DNA from: an uncultured Alphaproteobacteria bacterium
GTDB taxonomy: Bacteria > Pseudomonadota > Alphaproteobacteria > Rhizobiales > Devosiaceae
Assembly: GCA_963848625.1 (NCBI GenBank)
Contig: CAWKEC010000004.1
Coordinates: 15,639 to 79,638 of the forward strand
Direction of reading: 5' to 3'
DNA length: 64,000 nt
Part shown: piece after piece, positions 47,891 through 58,513 of the stretch
Position numbering within the stretch: the first letter of the stretch is position 1
Layout of the letters: the number at the start of each line of letters is the position of its first letter
Made by a program: the position numbers and the translations under genes
The notes under the pieces: generated by a model
Seen by the model: only the letters and a program-made list of their open reading frames with translations
What the model was told of the DNA's origin: nothing
Database searches by the model: none

Positions 47891-50191
47891 TTAACCATGC
47901 CGACGTTTTGCCGCGACCGGCGCCGGGTGCGCCATGCGGTCGATCAGCTCGCGGACGTCGCGGCTGAACAGCGGCACGCCGAAGAGGTAACCCTGGATCT
48001 GGTCGACCTTGGTGTGCGCCTGGATCAGCGCCAGCTGCTCCTCGGTCTCGACGCCTTCGGCGGTGACCGTCAGATTGATGTCCTTGCCCAGCTGCGCGAC
48101 GTTCGCGAGCAGCTTCAGCGAGCGCGAGTTGGACACCACGTCGACCACGAAGCTGCGGTCGACCTTGAGCTTGGTGAAGGGCAGCGCCTGCAGATAGCTC
48201 AACGATGAATAGCCGGTGCCGAAATCGTCGAGCGCGATGCCGATGCCGCGCTTGCCGAGCGCCGACAGGATGCGCGTGGCGGCTTCGCGCTCCTCGATCA
48301 GCGCGGTCTCGGTGACCTCGATTTCGAGCCGGGCCGGCGGCAGGCCGCTGCTCTTCAGCGCCCTGTCGACCATCTCCTCGACGTCCTCGTTGCGGAAGTC
48401 GCGAGCCGACACGTTCACCGAGACCGAAATCTCGTCCGGCCAGTGCATGCACTCGGCCGCCGCCGAGCGCAGCGCCCAGCGGGTGATGTCGGAAATGAGC
48501 CCGGTTTCCTCGGCGATCGGGATGAATACCGAGGGCGGGATCGACCCTAGCGTCGGGTGCGTCCAACGCGCCAGCGCCTCGCAGGCCACGACCCGCCGCG
48601 ACTTGAGGTCGATGAGCGGCTGGAAGGCGAGGACCAGGCCGTCATTGGCAACCGCGGCCTTGAGCTCGGTCTTGAGCTTCTGGCGATAGCGATAGGCGGT
48701 ATCCATCTCGTCATGGAACACCTGCGCCTGGCCCTTGCCGTCGGCCTTGGCCTTATAGAGCGCGAGGTCGGCCTTGGTCATCAGGGCGTCGAGGTCGTCC
48801 TCGTAGGAGCCCGAGAGCACGACGCCGATCGAGACGTCGACCGACAGACTCTGCCCGAGGAGCGCAAAGGACGGCTTGAACGCGGCGAGCACGGAGTCGC
48901 AGGCGAGCTTGGCTTCGGCTTCGCTGAGCGCGCCGCTGCGATAGACGATGAACTCGTCGCCGCCGAGCCGCGCGACGAGCGAGAACGAGCCGAGGGTGCG
49001 ATTGAGCCGTTCGGCGCTTTCGATCAGCAGGCGATCGCCGAGGAGATGGCCCGCCGTGTCGTTGACGTGCTTGAAATCGTCGATGTCGACGATCATCAGC
49101 ATAGAAGTCGCGGTGCCGTCGACGGCGCGGCGATGGCGCAGATCCGCCTCGACCTGGTCGGCGAAATAGCCGCGGTTCGGCAGGCCGGTCAGCGCGTCGT
49201 AATGCGCCATGAAGTTGATGCGCTCTTCGGCGCGGACGCGCTCGGTGATGTCCTCGAACAGCAGCACGACCTTGCCCTGCCGCGAGCTGACCGTGACTTC
49301 GCAGAACTGCGCGTTGGGGAGCTTGAGGATGACCTTGCCGGCGCGGTGCTCGTCGACGATCGCCTGCAGATGCTGGGCCGAGCGGGGCGGGATGACGCCG
49401 CGCCCCGCGGCGGCCGAAAGCAGGGCGGCAAACGGCCGGCCCTTCCAGTCGCCCGGCACGAAGCCGTCGAAGACGTGCTCGGCGCGATCGTTGACGACCG
49501 CGATCAGGCCCTCGGCATCGAGCATGCAGAGGCCGTGATGCATGGTCTCGAGGGCGGTGTCGAATTCGTCGGCGAGGCGCGACGCCTCGAGCCGGCCATG
49601 CACGGCGCGCAGCAGGATGGCGCGGATGTTGGCCGACACCTTGCGGATCGAGGCGAAGAAAGCGAGCAGCACGATCGAGAGCAGCTGGGTGTGCGGGGCG
49701 CCATCGAGCAGCATGCCGAGCGCGAGCGGTCCGCCGATCAGCACGACCTGCAGCGTCATCAGGCGATCGATGGCGAAGTTGCGGCCGGTCACGCCGACCA
49801 GCACCGAGGTCGAAACGGCAAGGCTCGACATCTCGGAGAACGGCGTGTTGACGAACACGAAGCTGTAAAAGCTCCAGATGCCGTAGAGCATCCCGATCGA
49901 CACCGCGCCGATGGTGGAGCGCACTTCCCAGCGGCGCGCCGTCTCGACGTCGTCGTCGGAAAAATGCACGCGCGTGAACGCCCACATGTCGACGCCGCGG
50001 CCGATGGCGACGATGACGAACAGCGCCGCGATCCCGACCAGCACGTCGTTGTGCGCTTCGAGCCCCGCGAGGCTCGCGGCAAGCGCCGACGCAAGCGCGC
50101 CGAGGACCATGATCCGCGGCTCGGCATAGAGCGACCGGATCATCGACACATAGTCGACCGGTGGGAGAGTCTTATAGGCGGGTTCGAACAT
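47891..50191 (-). CDS. Membrane-bound PAS-GGDEF-EAL diguanylate cyclase/phosphodiesterase
   Basis: Five to six N-terminal TMs, PAS-like segment, DALTGLPNR, RLGGDEF, CEALARW, DDFGTGYSSL. Confidence 0.95.
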   Translation of the reverse strand: MFEPAYKTLPPVDYVSMIRSLYAEPRIMVLGALASALAASLAGLEAHNDVLVGIAALFVIVAIGRGVDMWAFTRVHFSDDDVETARRWEVRSTIGAVSIGMLYGIWSFYSFVFVNTPFSEMSSLAVSTSVLVGVTGRNFAIDRLMTLQVVLIGGPLALGMLLDGAPHTQLLSIVLLAFFASIRKVSANIRAILLRAVHGRLEASRLADEFDTALETMHHGLCMLDAEGLIAVVNDRAEHVFDGFVPGDWKGRPFAALLSAAAGRGVIPPRSAQHLQAIVDEHRAGKVILKLPNAQFCEVTVSSRQGKVVLLFEDITERVRAEERINFMAHYDALTGLPNRGYFADQVEADLRHRRAVDGTATSMLMIVDIDDFKHVNDTAGHLLGDRLLIESAERLNRTLGSFSLVARLGGDEFIVYRSGALSEAEAKLACDSVLAAFKPSFALLGQSLSVDVSIGVVLSGSYEDDLDALMTKADLALYKAKADGKGQAQVFHDEMDTAYRYRQKLKTELKAAVANDGLVLAFQPLIDLKSRRVVACEALARWTHPTLGSIPPSVFIPIAEETGLISDITRWALRSAAAECMHWPDEISVSVNVSARDFRNEDVEEMVDRALKSSGLPPARLEIEVTETALIEEREAATRILSALGKRGIGIALDDFGTGYSSLSYLQALPFTKLKVDRSFVVDVVSNSRSLKLLANVAQLGKDINLTVTAEGVETEEQLALIQAHTKVDQIQGYLFGVPLFSRDVRELIDRMAHPAPVAAKRRHG

Positions 50192-50365
50192 GACTATACC
50201 GCTGTGACGCAAAATCCTGCCAGATCAGCGGTTAATGCCCGATTGCGGGCCTCGCCGATCGACCAATTCGCCACCCGCGACGGGGGTGGCGCGGCAAGGA
50301 ATCGGTCATGATGGTTGAGGAAGTCTGAACGCCGGCGACATCCGTGGCGAATGGCAGCTATGCGG

Positions 50366-50779
50366 CTAGCCGAGTTTGCGGAGCGCCTTCTCGAACTTGC
50401 CGTGGAGCTTCTTGCCGAGCCGGTCGCGGACGTCCGCCTCGAGCCGGGCCAGCGCCTGCTTTTGCTCGGCCCGATCGCGGAGCCCGAGTTCGGTGAGAAC
50501 GACGCGGCGGGCCCGGCGATCGGCAGGGTCGATCTCGCGGCGGACGACGCCCGCCGCCTCGAGCTGGTCCAGGAGCTGCTGGACGGCCTGCTTGCTGAGC
50601 CCCATGCTCGCGACCAGCGCCGCCTGCGACAGTCCCGCGGGCGGCAGGTGCGCGACGACATCGCCGCTGGCATTGAGGTGCCAGGGGAACCCGCGTGCCG
50701 CCATGTCGTTGCGGAAGGCGCGCCGGGCGTCGGCCGCGGCGCTGGTCAGATGCACGAGGAACTGGGGATCGTCAGCCAT
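50366..50779 (-). CDS. MarR family transcriptional regulator
   Basis: SKQAVQQLLDQLEAAG...DPADRRARRVVLTELG. Confidence 0.9.
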   Translation of the reverse strand: MADDPQFLVHLTSAAADARRAFRNDMAARGFPWHLNASGDVVAHLPPAGLSQAALVASMGLSKQAVQQLLDQLEAAGVVRREIDPADRRARRVVLTELGLRDRAEQKQALARLEADVRDRLGKKLHGKFEKALRKLG

Positions 50780-50835
50780 CTTGACGATTATGGAACGGAA
50801 TTCGACCGCCAAGCAAGGGGTCTGGGAGAACGGGA

Positions 50836-51129
50836 ATGGCCGCTAAGCTCACGGATATGGAACGCCAGTCGGCGCTGGGCGGACTGCCCGGCTGGCGGTT
50901 CGATGAAACGGCCAACGCGCTGGTCAAGGAGTTCAAGTTCCCGACCTTTGTCGAGGCCTTCGGCTTCATGGCGCGCGTGGCACTGCTGGTGCAGGCGGCG
51001 GATCACCATCCGGACTGGTCGAACAGCTACAACCGCGTGACCGTCGGCTTTTCGACCCATGATGCGGGCGGCGTGACCGCCAAGGATGCCGAGCTCGCCG
51101 GCAAGGTTGAGGCGCTGCAGCGCAGCTAG
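50836..51129 (+). CDS. phhB: Pterin-4-alpha-carbinolamine dehydratase
   Basis: AFGFM, DHHPDWSNSYNRV, THDAGGVTAKD. Confidence 0.93.
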   Translation: MAAKLTDMERQSALGGLPGWRFDETANALVKEFKFPTFVEAFGFMARVALLVQAADHHPDWSNSYNRVTVGFSTHDAGGVTAKDAELAGKVEALQRS

Positions 51130-54100
51130 TGGAAATTGCGCCCGCGCGGCAGGGCGGCTTTCGCCTCGCGCGCAGCGGCCTCGTCGCGGCGGAGCTGCGG
51201 CGCATCGCGCCCGGGGTGCGGGCCGGTCTTGCCCTCATCGCCATGCGCGAGGATGGCATCGCCGATGCTGGTGCCGTTGGCGAGCGCGACGAGCTCGGCC
51301 GTCATATCCGTGAAGCTCTCGGCGACCACGTGGATGACGAGCCCCTCGATCTGGAGCCGCCCGCGCACCGCCATGAGCTTTGAACTGAGGATCGTCTTGC
51401 GGTGGGTGTCGAACGCCTTCGACCAGATGACGACATTGGCGATGCCGGTCTCGTCCTCGAGCGTTGCGAACACCACGCCGCTCGCCGTGCCCGGCCGCTG
51501 CCGGACCAGCACGAGGCCTGCGACCTCGACGCGCTGGCCGTTGCGATGGCGCGACAGGTCGGCGCAGCAGACGATGCCGCGCTGCTTGAGCTTTGTCCTG
51601 AGGAAGCTGACGGGATGCGCCTTGAGCGAATAGGACGTGGTTCTATAATCGTGGATCACATCCTCGCCATGCCCCATCAGCGGCAGATCGGGCTCGGGCT
51701 CGCCGCGCGGCGCCGGCACGCCGGCGCTCTTGAACAGCGGCAGGGTTTCGGCGCCATCGGTGCCGATCAGCCCGCGCACCGCCCATAGCGCCTTACGCCG
51801 GTTGAGGCCGAGCGAGCGGAACGCATCGGCTTCGGCCAGCACCTCGAGCGCCGACACCGGCAGGCCGGTCCTGAGCCAGAGATCGCGCACCGAGCCATAA
51901 CCCGTGCCGCGCCGCGCCATGAGCCGCATCGCGTGGTCTTCCTTGAGTCCGCGGATTTCGGTGAGGCCGAGCCGGATGGCGTGGGTCGAGCGGATATGGG
52001 GCCGCATCTCCTGATGCCGCGGCCAGGCGCGCGGGCCAGCCGGCGGGCCCGGCTCGAGGATGCTCCAGTAATCGGAGCGGTTGATGTCGACGGTCCGCAC
52101 CTCGACGCCGTGCTCGATGGCGTCGCGGATCAATTGCGCCGGCGCATAGAACCCCATCGGCTGGCTGTTGAGCAGCGCCGCCGTGAACACGTCGGGATAG
52201 TGGCATTTGAGCCAGCACGAGACATAGACGAGGAGCGCGAAGGACGCTGCGTGGCTTTCGGGAAAGCCATAGGAGCCAAAGCCTTCGATCTGCTTGAAGC
52301 AGGCTTCGGCGAAATCGCGACGGATAGCCCTTGGCCTTCATGCCGTCGAGGAATTTGTCGCGGAAGACGCCAACCCCGCCGGTGCGCTTGAACGTCGCCA
52401 TCGAGCGGCGGAGCTTGTCGGCTTCGCCGGCGTAGAAGCCGGCGCCGATAATGGCGATCTGCATCGCCTGTTCCTGGAACAGTGGCACGCCCAGGGTCTG
52501 TCCGAGAACGGCCTCGAGTTCTTCGGAGGGATAGATCGACAGTCTCCTGGCCCAGCCGGCGCTTCAGATAGGGATGCACCATGCCGCCCTGGATCGGACC
52601 GGGCCGAACGATCGCCACTTCGATGACGAGATCGTAGAATTTCATTGGGCTTGAGCCGCGGCAGCATCGACATCTGCGCCCGGCTCTCGATCTGGAATAC
52701 GCCGATCGTGTCGGCGCGGTGCGTCATCTCGAAGACCGGCGCCGCGGCTTTCGGCTGCGTCATGCGCTTCGGCGAGCAGCTCGGTCATCGTCGAGGTCCT
52801 GCTGGTAGTGGACATGCATCAGCTCGAAAGCGCGGCGCAGGCACTCGAGCATGCCGAGCGCGAGCACATCGACCTTGAGGATGCCGAGCGCGTCGATGTC
52901 GTCCTTGTTCCACTCGATGATGGCGCGCGACTCCATCGCCGACTTGCCGATCGGCACCAGCCGGTCGAGCTCGTCCCGGGTGATGACGAAGCCGCCCACA
53001 TGCTGGCTGAGATGCCGCGGAAAGCCGTGCAGCTCGGTGGCGCATTCGAGCACCATGCTGAGCCGCGTCTCCCTGGGATCGAGCCCGATGCCGCGCATAT
53101 CGGCATCGGTGGCGCGGCTGTCCCAGCCCCAGTTGAGATGGTTGACGGCATCGATCGTGTCGTCCGAGAGCCCGAAGACTTTCGCGACTTCGCGCAACGC
53201 GCCGCGCGAGCGATAGGTGATGACGTTGGCGGTGAGGCCCGTATGGTTGCCGCCATATTTCTTGTAGACGTACTGCATCACCTCTTCGCGCCGCTCGTGC
53301 TCGAAATCGACATCGATGTCAGGCGGCTCGTCGCGCTCGGTCAGAGGAACCGGCCGAACACGAGATCGACCTTGGTCGGGTTGACCTCGGTGATCCCGAG
53401 GCAAAAGCAGACCACCGAATTGGCCGCCGAGCCGCGGCCCTGGCAAAGGATTTTGAGCTTGTTGCGGGCGTGCTGGACGATGTCGTGGACGGTAAGGAAA
53501 TACGGCGCGTAGCCCTTTTCGGCGATCAGCGCGAATTCGGACCGAAGCTGCGTGCCTCCGGAGGGATACCCGGTGGATCAGCCGTTCTTGAAGCGCTCTG
53601 TCGCGCCTTCCCAGGCCAATCGCTCCAATGTCTCCTGGGTCGTCTCCATTGCCGATCTGCTCGGTCGGATAATTGTATTTGAGTTGATCGAGCGAGAAGC
53701 TGATGCGTGCGGCAAAACGGCAGGTCTCGGCGACCGCTTCGGGATGGTCGTGGAACAGTCGCGCCATCTCCTCGGGCGCCTTGATGTGGCGCTCGGCGTT
53801 GGCTTCGAGCCGGCGGCCGGCCTCCTCGATGGTCCAGTGCTCGCGGATGCAGGTGACGACATCCTGCAGCACGCGGCGGCCGGCCTCGTGATACAGCACG
53901 TCGTTGGTCGCGAGCATCCGGATGCCGGTCCGGCGTGCCAGATCGGCGATGCGGTTGAGCCGGGCGCGATCGTCGCCGGCAAAACGGCACGCCGCCGCAA
54001 CCCAGACGCGGCCGGGGCCTTTGCGCACGAGCGTGCCCAGCGTCGCTTCGGTGCGCCCCAGTCGGTCTCGTCGGGGATGAGGATGAACAGCTGGCCTGGT

Positions 54101-54607
54101 GAAGTCTTCGACGGCGTTTGCTCTTCCACCCGGTCATCCCCGCGCAAGCGGGGATCTCGGTTTATGTTTTTGAACGGAGAATCCCGCTTACGCGGGAATG
54201 ACACCGTGTTTGAGGCGGGTTCCGGCACGAGGTCCGCAAAGAACAGCTGCGTATTCCCCTTTTCGGCCTTGTCCCGCAGATTGCCAGTGCTCAGAAGTTT
54301 GCAGAGCCGCCCATAGGCCTCGCGGTCGGTGGGATAGGCGACGATCTCCGGCGTGCCGTCGGCAAAGCAGAGCCGCGTGCCGACGAGATAGCGGAAGCCC
54401 TCGCGCGGCCGCAGCTCGGTGTCGCGTGAGGGCCACATAGGCGCGCACGACGCCGGCAAAGGAGTTGCGGTCGCAAAGCCCGAACCCCTCGAGGCCGAGG
54501 GCGTTGGCAGTGAGCGCCAGCTCTTCGGGATGCGAGCCGCCGCGCAGGAACGAAAAGTTCGAGGTCGAGATGAGCTCGATGTGGGAAGAGGCCGCTTCGC
54601 GATCCAT
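51126..54607 (-). CDS. dnaE2: Error-prone DNA polymerase DnaE2/ImuC (many frameshifts; in-frame palindromic insert)
   Basis: [79 protein letters not shown]-terminal RNFH. Confidence 0.93.
54133..54202. repeat. ATTCCC-N8-GGGAAT-family palindromic doublet inside dnaE2
   Basis: gtcatccccgcgcaagcggggatctc...gagaatcccgcttacgcgggaatgac; same family as 3008 and 19512. Confidence 0.88.
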
Positions 54608-56268
54608 GCGAAAAAGCCGTGGAGATACCAGCGCGGCTGCGGCGCGATGCCGAACAGCCCGAGCCGGAACAGCCAGAAGCGCCGCCCGCCATCGTCCTCC
54701 GCAATGTAATAGTCGCGCGTGGCGCCGCCCTCTTCGAAATAGTTGCCGGCATTGTCGGGCACCAGCGCCGCCTCCACCGACTGGGCGGTCAGCATGAGAT
54801 GCGCATCGGCCCGATGCCACTCGGCACTGATCCGTTCGGGTCCGGACGCGCGCACGAACCGGTAGCTCACCCGCCGCCAGATCATGCTGGCGGGCGGAGC
54901 ATCCGGGACTTCGGCGAGAACGGTGATGGGCTCAGGCTGTGGCAACAAGCGCAACGGCCGTTTGAGCCGCGGATCGGGCACGGCGTTGGGATCGTCCTCG
55001 GTGCGCGCCACCACCGGCTCGAAGACCACCGCACGCTCGGGGATATGGCTGTTGACGAACTTGCTCCGCATCACGGCCTGCGGGCCGAGCCGGCTCGTCA
55101 TGCGGTCATAGAGCTGGTCGAGGTCTTCGGCGCCGTCGCGCGCCTCGAACGCACCGCTCTGCTGCGCCGGGAGCCCGGAGAGCGAGCTTGCCGCGAGGCG
55201 GATCATGTCGATGCCGAAGCCGGCGTCATATTCGCTCCCCAGCCGCTCGGAACGGTGGATGAAAAGCCGCGCGATGTGATGCGCGTCGCGCGTGGCGCGG
55301 GCCGCATTGACCGAGAGCGTGATGACCTTGTGGTCGGTGCGATAGAGAAACAGGTGGAACGCCTGCGCCCCGAGCCCGGCCTGCTCGAGCCGGCTCGTCA
55401 GCTGCAGCGCGAGATCGCGCGCCGTCATCAGCACATCGTCCATGAGCCCGATCGGCTCGGCGAAGCGCCGCTCGGCGTAGTAATCGACGAGCGGCAGCCG
55501 GGTCACCAGCCGCTCATTGATGTGGCCGAGCGCCTGATCGAGCCGCAGCAGGAGTTCTGCGCCGAAGCGTGCCGTGAGCGCCTGGCGGGAGCGTGAACAA
55601 AGCTGGCCGATCTGCTTGAGCCCCATCTGCGTGAGGCCCATGATCTGCGCCTCCCCGAGCCGCAATGCCGCGACCGGCAACGGCGCAAGCGCGGTCTCAA
55701 GATCGTGGGCGATAATTATGCCGGGATTGAAATGCGCAAGCGCCCAGGCCCCGCCGATAGTGGGTGCGATTGCCCCCTGCACGCTGAAACCTTGTTCTAC
55801 GAGCCGCTGCGTGAGCCGCTCCAGCATCGCAACTTCGCCGCCGAAGAGATGCTCGACGCCGGTAATATCGAGGCAGAGATCGCCATAAGGCGCACCATCG
55901 GTCATCAGCCCGACGAGCGGGGAGGCATTGGAGTGCCAGTCGGCGAAATCTGCAAAGAGCTGCGCCGTGGCCTGGGCATCGATCTCGCGCGCTTCGAGGA
56001 TGGGACAGATGGCACGCGCATCGGTCAGGCTCTGCCCGACAAAAAGCCCGGCGGCGCTTGCGCTCAGATCGAGCGCGACGACGCGCATCGCGCCCTTCTG
56101 CTTTTCCCACAACACCAGCGGCCCGGTGCGGCCGGCAAGCGTGCGATCAACCCGCTTTAGACAATCGGTCGCCCAGCGCGGCAGGGTGAGCGCCAGGTAG
56201 CGGCGGTCGGACCTCGGCAGCAGGTCGGGCCTCCATTCCTCCTTTTGGTGCAACCACTGCGAAGCCAT
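54604..56268 (-). CDS. imuB: ImuB, inactive Y-family polymerase (expected stop after YLHGFFA is missing)
   Basis: [41 protein letters not shown]...GRRFWLFR...WYLHGFFA. Confidence 0.92.
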
Positions 56269-56959
56269 TTTCCGTCCAATCCACCAACCACTCCCTGGGA
56301 TCGCGGCGCGATCCGAGCCGCCCCTTTTCGAGCTCGATTTTCCAACGCGGCAGGCCGGGAGCGCGGGCATCGAAGGGCGGCGGCGCGCTCGGCTGCGGTT
56401 CGACCCGCCAGCGAAACCGCGCAGCGCTCGCTTCGCGTCCGGTCCCGGTGCGAAGCAGAAAGACGGAGCTGCCGCCCGACATGGTCTTGAGGCTCAGCCG
56501 CCGCGATGCGGTGAAATCGAAGGCCTGGACCTCGGGGCCGGTATCAGCGATGACCGCCGCGACCGCAGGACAGCCGATGGCTTCCTCGATGGCCCAGAGA
56601 AGATCGGTCGCACTCTCCATCCGGCCGAAGACGATCCGGTCCGGGTCGATGCCGAGGCTGGCGAGACTGGTCGGATAGGGCACCCCCAGATCCTGGGCTT
56701 TGTGCGCGAGCTGGAGGAGCATCAAGGCCGGACGGCGCGGGCTGAGCAGCGGCCGCGCCAGGCCCAGGGTGAACCCGAAGCCCGTGCCGGCATCGCGGCC
56801 GGCATCGGCAAACACCTCATGCAGGACTCCCGGCGGCAGCACGAACAGCCCACCCGCGGCGGTCGGCGCGGCAAAATCCTGAAGCGGCGGCCGTTTCTCG
56901 ATGCTTTCGATGCGGGCCCGCAGCGATTGCAGCGCCCGCTCTTTCGAAAGGCCCTGCAT
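56147..56959 (-). CDS. imuA: ImuA, RecA/SulA-like protein
   Basis: GVLHEV, DLLWAIEEA, FTASRRL, SAARFRWRV, PRWKIEL. Confidence 0.92.
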   Translation of the reverse strand: MQGLSKERALQSLRARIESIEKRPPLQDFAAPTAAGGLFVLPPGVLHEVFADAGRDAGTGFGFTLGLARPLLSPRRPALMLLQLAHKAQDLGVPYPTSLASLGIDPDRIVFGRMESATDLLWAIEEAIGCPAVAAVIADTGPEVQAFDFTASRRLSLKTMSGGSSVFLLRTGTGREASAARFRWRVEPQPSAPPPFDARAPGLPRWKIELEKGRLGSRRDPREWLVDWTENGFAVVAPKGGMEARPAAEVRPPLPGAHPAALGDRLSKAG

Positions 56960-56985
56960 GAAGGCCCTCCCTTGGTTCTCGAAGA

Positions 56986-57023
56986 GAACAAATAGAGAAC
57001 ATCAGACTCGGTTGCAGAGTCAA
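56986..57023 (-). promoter_or_regulatory. SOS promoter of imuABC with an alphaproteobacterial LexA box
   Basis: GAAC-N7-GAAC at 56986-57000 (GTTC-N7-GTTC on the minus strand); TTGACT -35 at 57018-57023. Confidence 0.88.
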
Positions 57024-57113
57024 GCCCGCGTATGAAAAGCCGGCGTCCCGGCTTGTCCGCCGACCCCCCTATGCTAGAGAGCACCACCATCCGAAGGGAG
57101 CACCCGACGCCCG

Positions 57114-58013
57114 ATGCCCGCGCCGATCGATATCGTGCTGACCTTCGACGATCGCTACTGGGCCCCTGCCTATGCGCTGATGCGCTCGGTGTGCCTCTTC
57201 ACCTTCCGGCGCAAGGACATCCGCTTCCACCTCTTCCACCGCCCGCTTTCCGAGCGGCACTGGCGGTGGCTGCGCGAGATCACCCGCGAATTCGGCGCCG
57301 AGCTCATTTCCTACGACATCGACGCCAACCAGACCTTCACCTCGATCGCCGCGCGTGCCCACTACAACGCCCGGCTCTCCAACATCGTTTATGCGCGGGT
57401 GCTGTTCTCCGAGCTGCTGCCGGCCGATGTCGAGCGCATCCTTTATCTCGATTGTGACATGATGGCCCGCGCCCCCATCGAGCGCCTCTACGACATCGAC
57501 ATGCAGGGCTTTCCGCTCGCCGCGGTGCCCGACTATGTCGGCGCCCAGATCATGACCCGCCGATCACTCATCGATCCACGCGGCATCTTCGATCCGGCCA
57601 TGCGCTACTTCAACGCCGGCATGCTGCTGATCGACATGACCAAGTGGCGGCAGATGGACATCCTCGGCAAATTCGAGGCGGCCATCGCCGACGGCACGCT
57701 CGCCAAGATCTATTACGACCAGGATTTCCTGAACCTGACATTCCGCGAGAACTGGCTGGAGCTTCCCCAGTTCTGGAACCTGCACGACCCCAAGCCTGCG
57801 CACATGGCGCTCAATCCATACCTGGTGCACTATACCGGCGACACCAAACCTTGGCTGATCATGCCCAAAGTCGCCTTCGCCCGGCTCTACCGGCACATCA
57901 TGACCAACCCGGTCTATTACGAATACCTGCGCGAACGCTCACCCAAATGGCAGCATCCGGTGATCCGCTGGATCGAGGGCCGGAACAAGATCACAGGGAC
58001 CCCCGACAATTGA
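57114..58013 (+). CDS. Glycosyltransferase family 8
   Basis: YAR, RILYLDCD, YFNAGMLLID, DQDFLN, VHYTGDTKPW. Confidence 0.93.
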   Translation: MPAPIDIVLTFDDRYWAPAYALMRSVCLFTFRRKDIRFHLFHRPLSERHWRWLREITREFGAELISYDIDANQTFTSIAARAHYNARLSNIVYARVLFSELLPADVERILYLDCDMMARAPIERLYDIDMQGFPLAAVPDYVGAQIMTRRSLIDPRGIFDPAMRYFNAGMLLIDMTKWRQMDILGKFEAAIADGTLAKIYYDQDFLNLTFRENWLELPQFWNLHDPKPAHMALNPYLVHYTGDTKPWLIMPKVAFARLYRHIMTNPVYYEYLRERSPKWQHPVIRWIEGRNKITGTPDN

Positions 58014-58075
58014 TCGGGATCGTCTCGACGCTGTCCGGCATTGGGGCTCTGTTCGAAAACCGCGGAGCCTAAGCG

Positions 58076-58513
58076 ATGTTCGAGGCCATCTCCAAAATCT
58101 TTGCCCGGCCGCAGACGGTCGACATCCGCGACGATCCAAAGCTCGCCGTGGCGGCGTTGCTCGTCCACCTGGCCGAAGTCGACGGCACCGTTGACGAGGT
58201 CGAAAAGCTCGCGGTGCGCGGCGCGCTGCAGGACTTTTACGGCATGGACGAAGAGGCCGTGCGCGAACTGATCCACCAGGCCCGCCGCACCGATGCCGAG
58301 GCCGTCGACTTCTACCGCTTCACCTCGGCGCTCAAGGAGCTCGACGAGAAGGAGCGGATCGAGATCGTCCGCATGATGTGGCAGGTGGTGTTTGCCGACA
58401 ACAAGAACCACGAGCTCGAGGACAACATGGTCTGGCGCATCGCCGAGCTCATCGGCGTAACATCGCGGCAGCGCACCATCCTCAGGAACCAGATGGCAAA
58501 GGCCGGCAAATGA
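58076..58513 (+). CDS. TerB family protein
   Basis: [41 protein letters not shown]. Confidence 0.88.
   Translation: MFEAISKIFARPQTVDIRDDPKLAVAALLVHLAEVDGTVDEVEKLAVRGALQDFYGMDEEAVRELIHQARRTDAEAVDFYRFTSALKELDEKERIEIVRMMWQVVFADNKNHELEDNMVWRIAELIGVTSRQRTILRNQMAKAGK

Noticed and set aside
44774-50800. Genomic island integrated at tRNA-Thr
   Set aside because: No integrase, no duplicated tRNA 3' end found by eye, and composition similar to the flanks.
53578-56370. 930-aa ImuB-PHP fusion protein
   Set aside because: It depends on one missing stop and a compensating frameshift. The segment in between is nonsense, while the true DnaE2 start ([15 protein letters not shown]) lies in another frame.
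58076-58513. TerB as part of a ter stress or anti-phage cluster
   Set aside because: It is a solitary gene coupled to ppa, with no other ter genes nearby.
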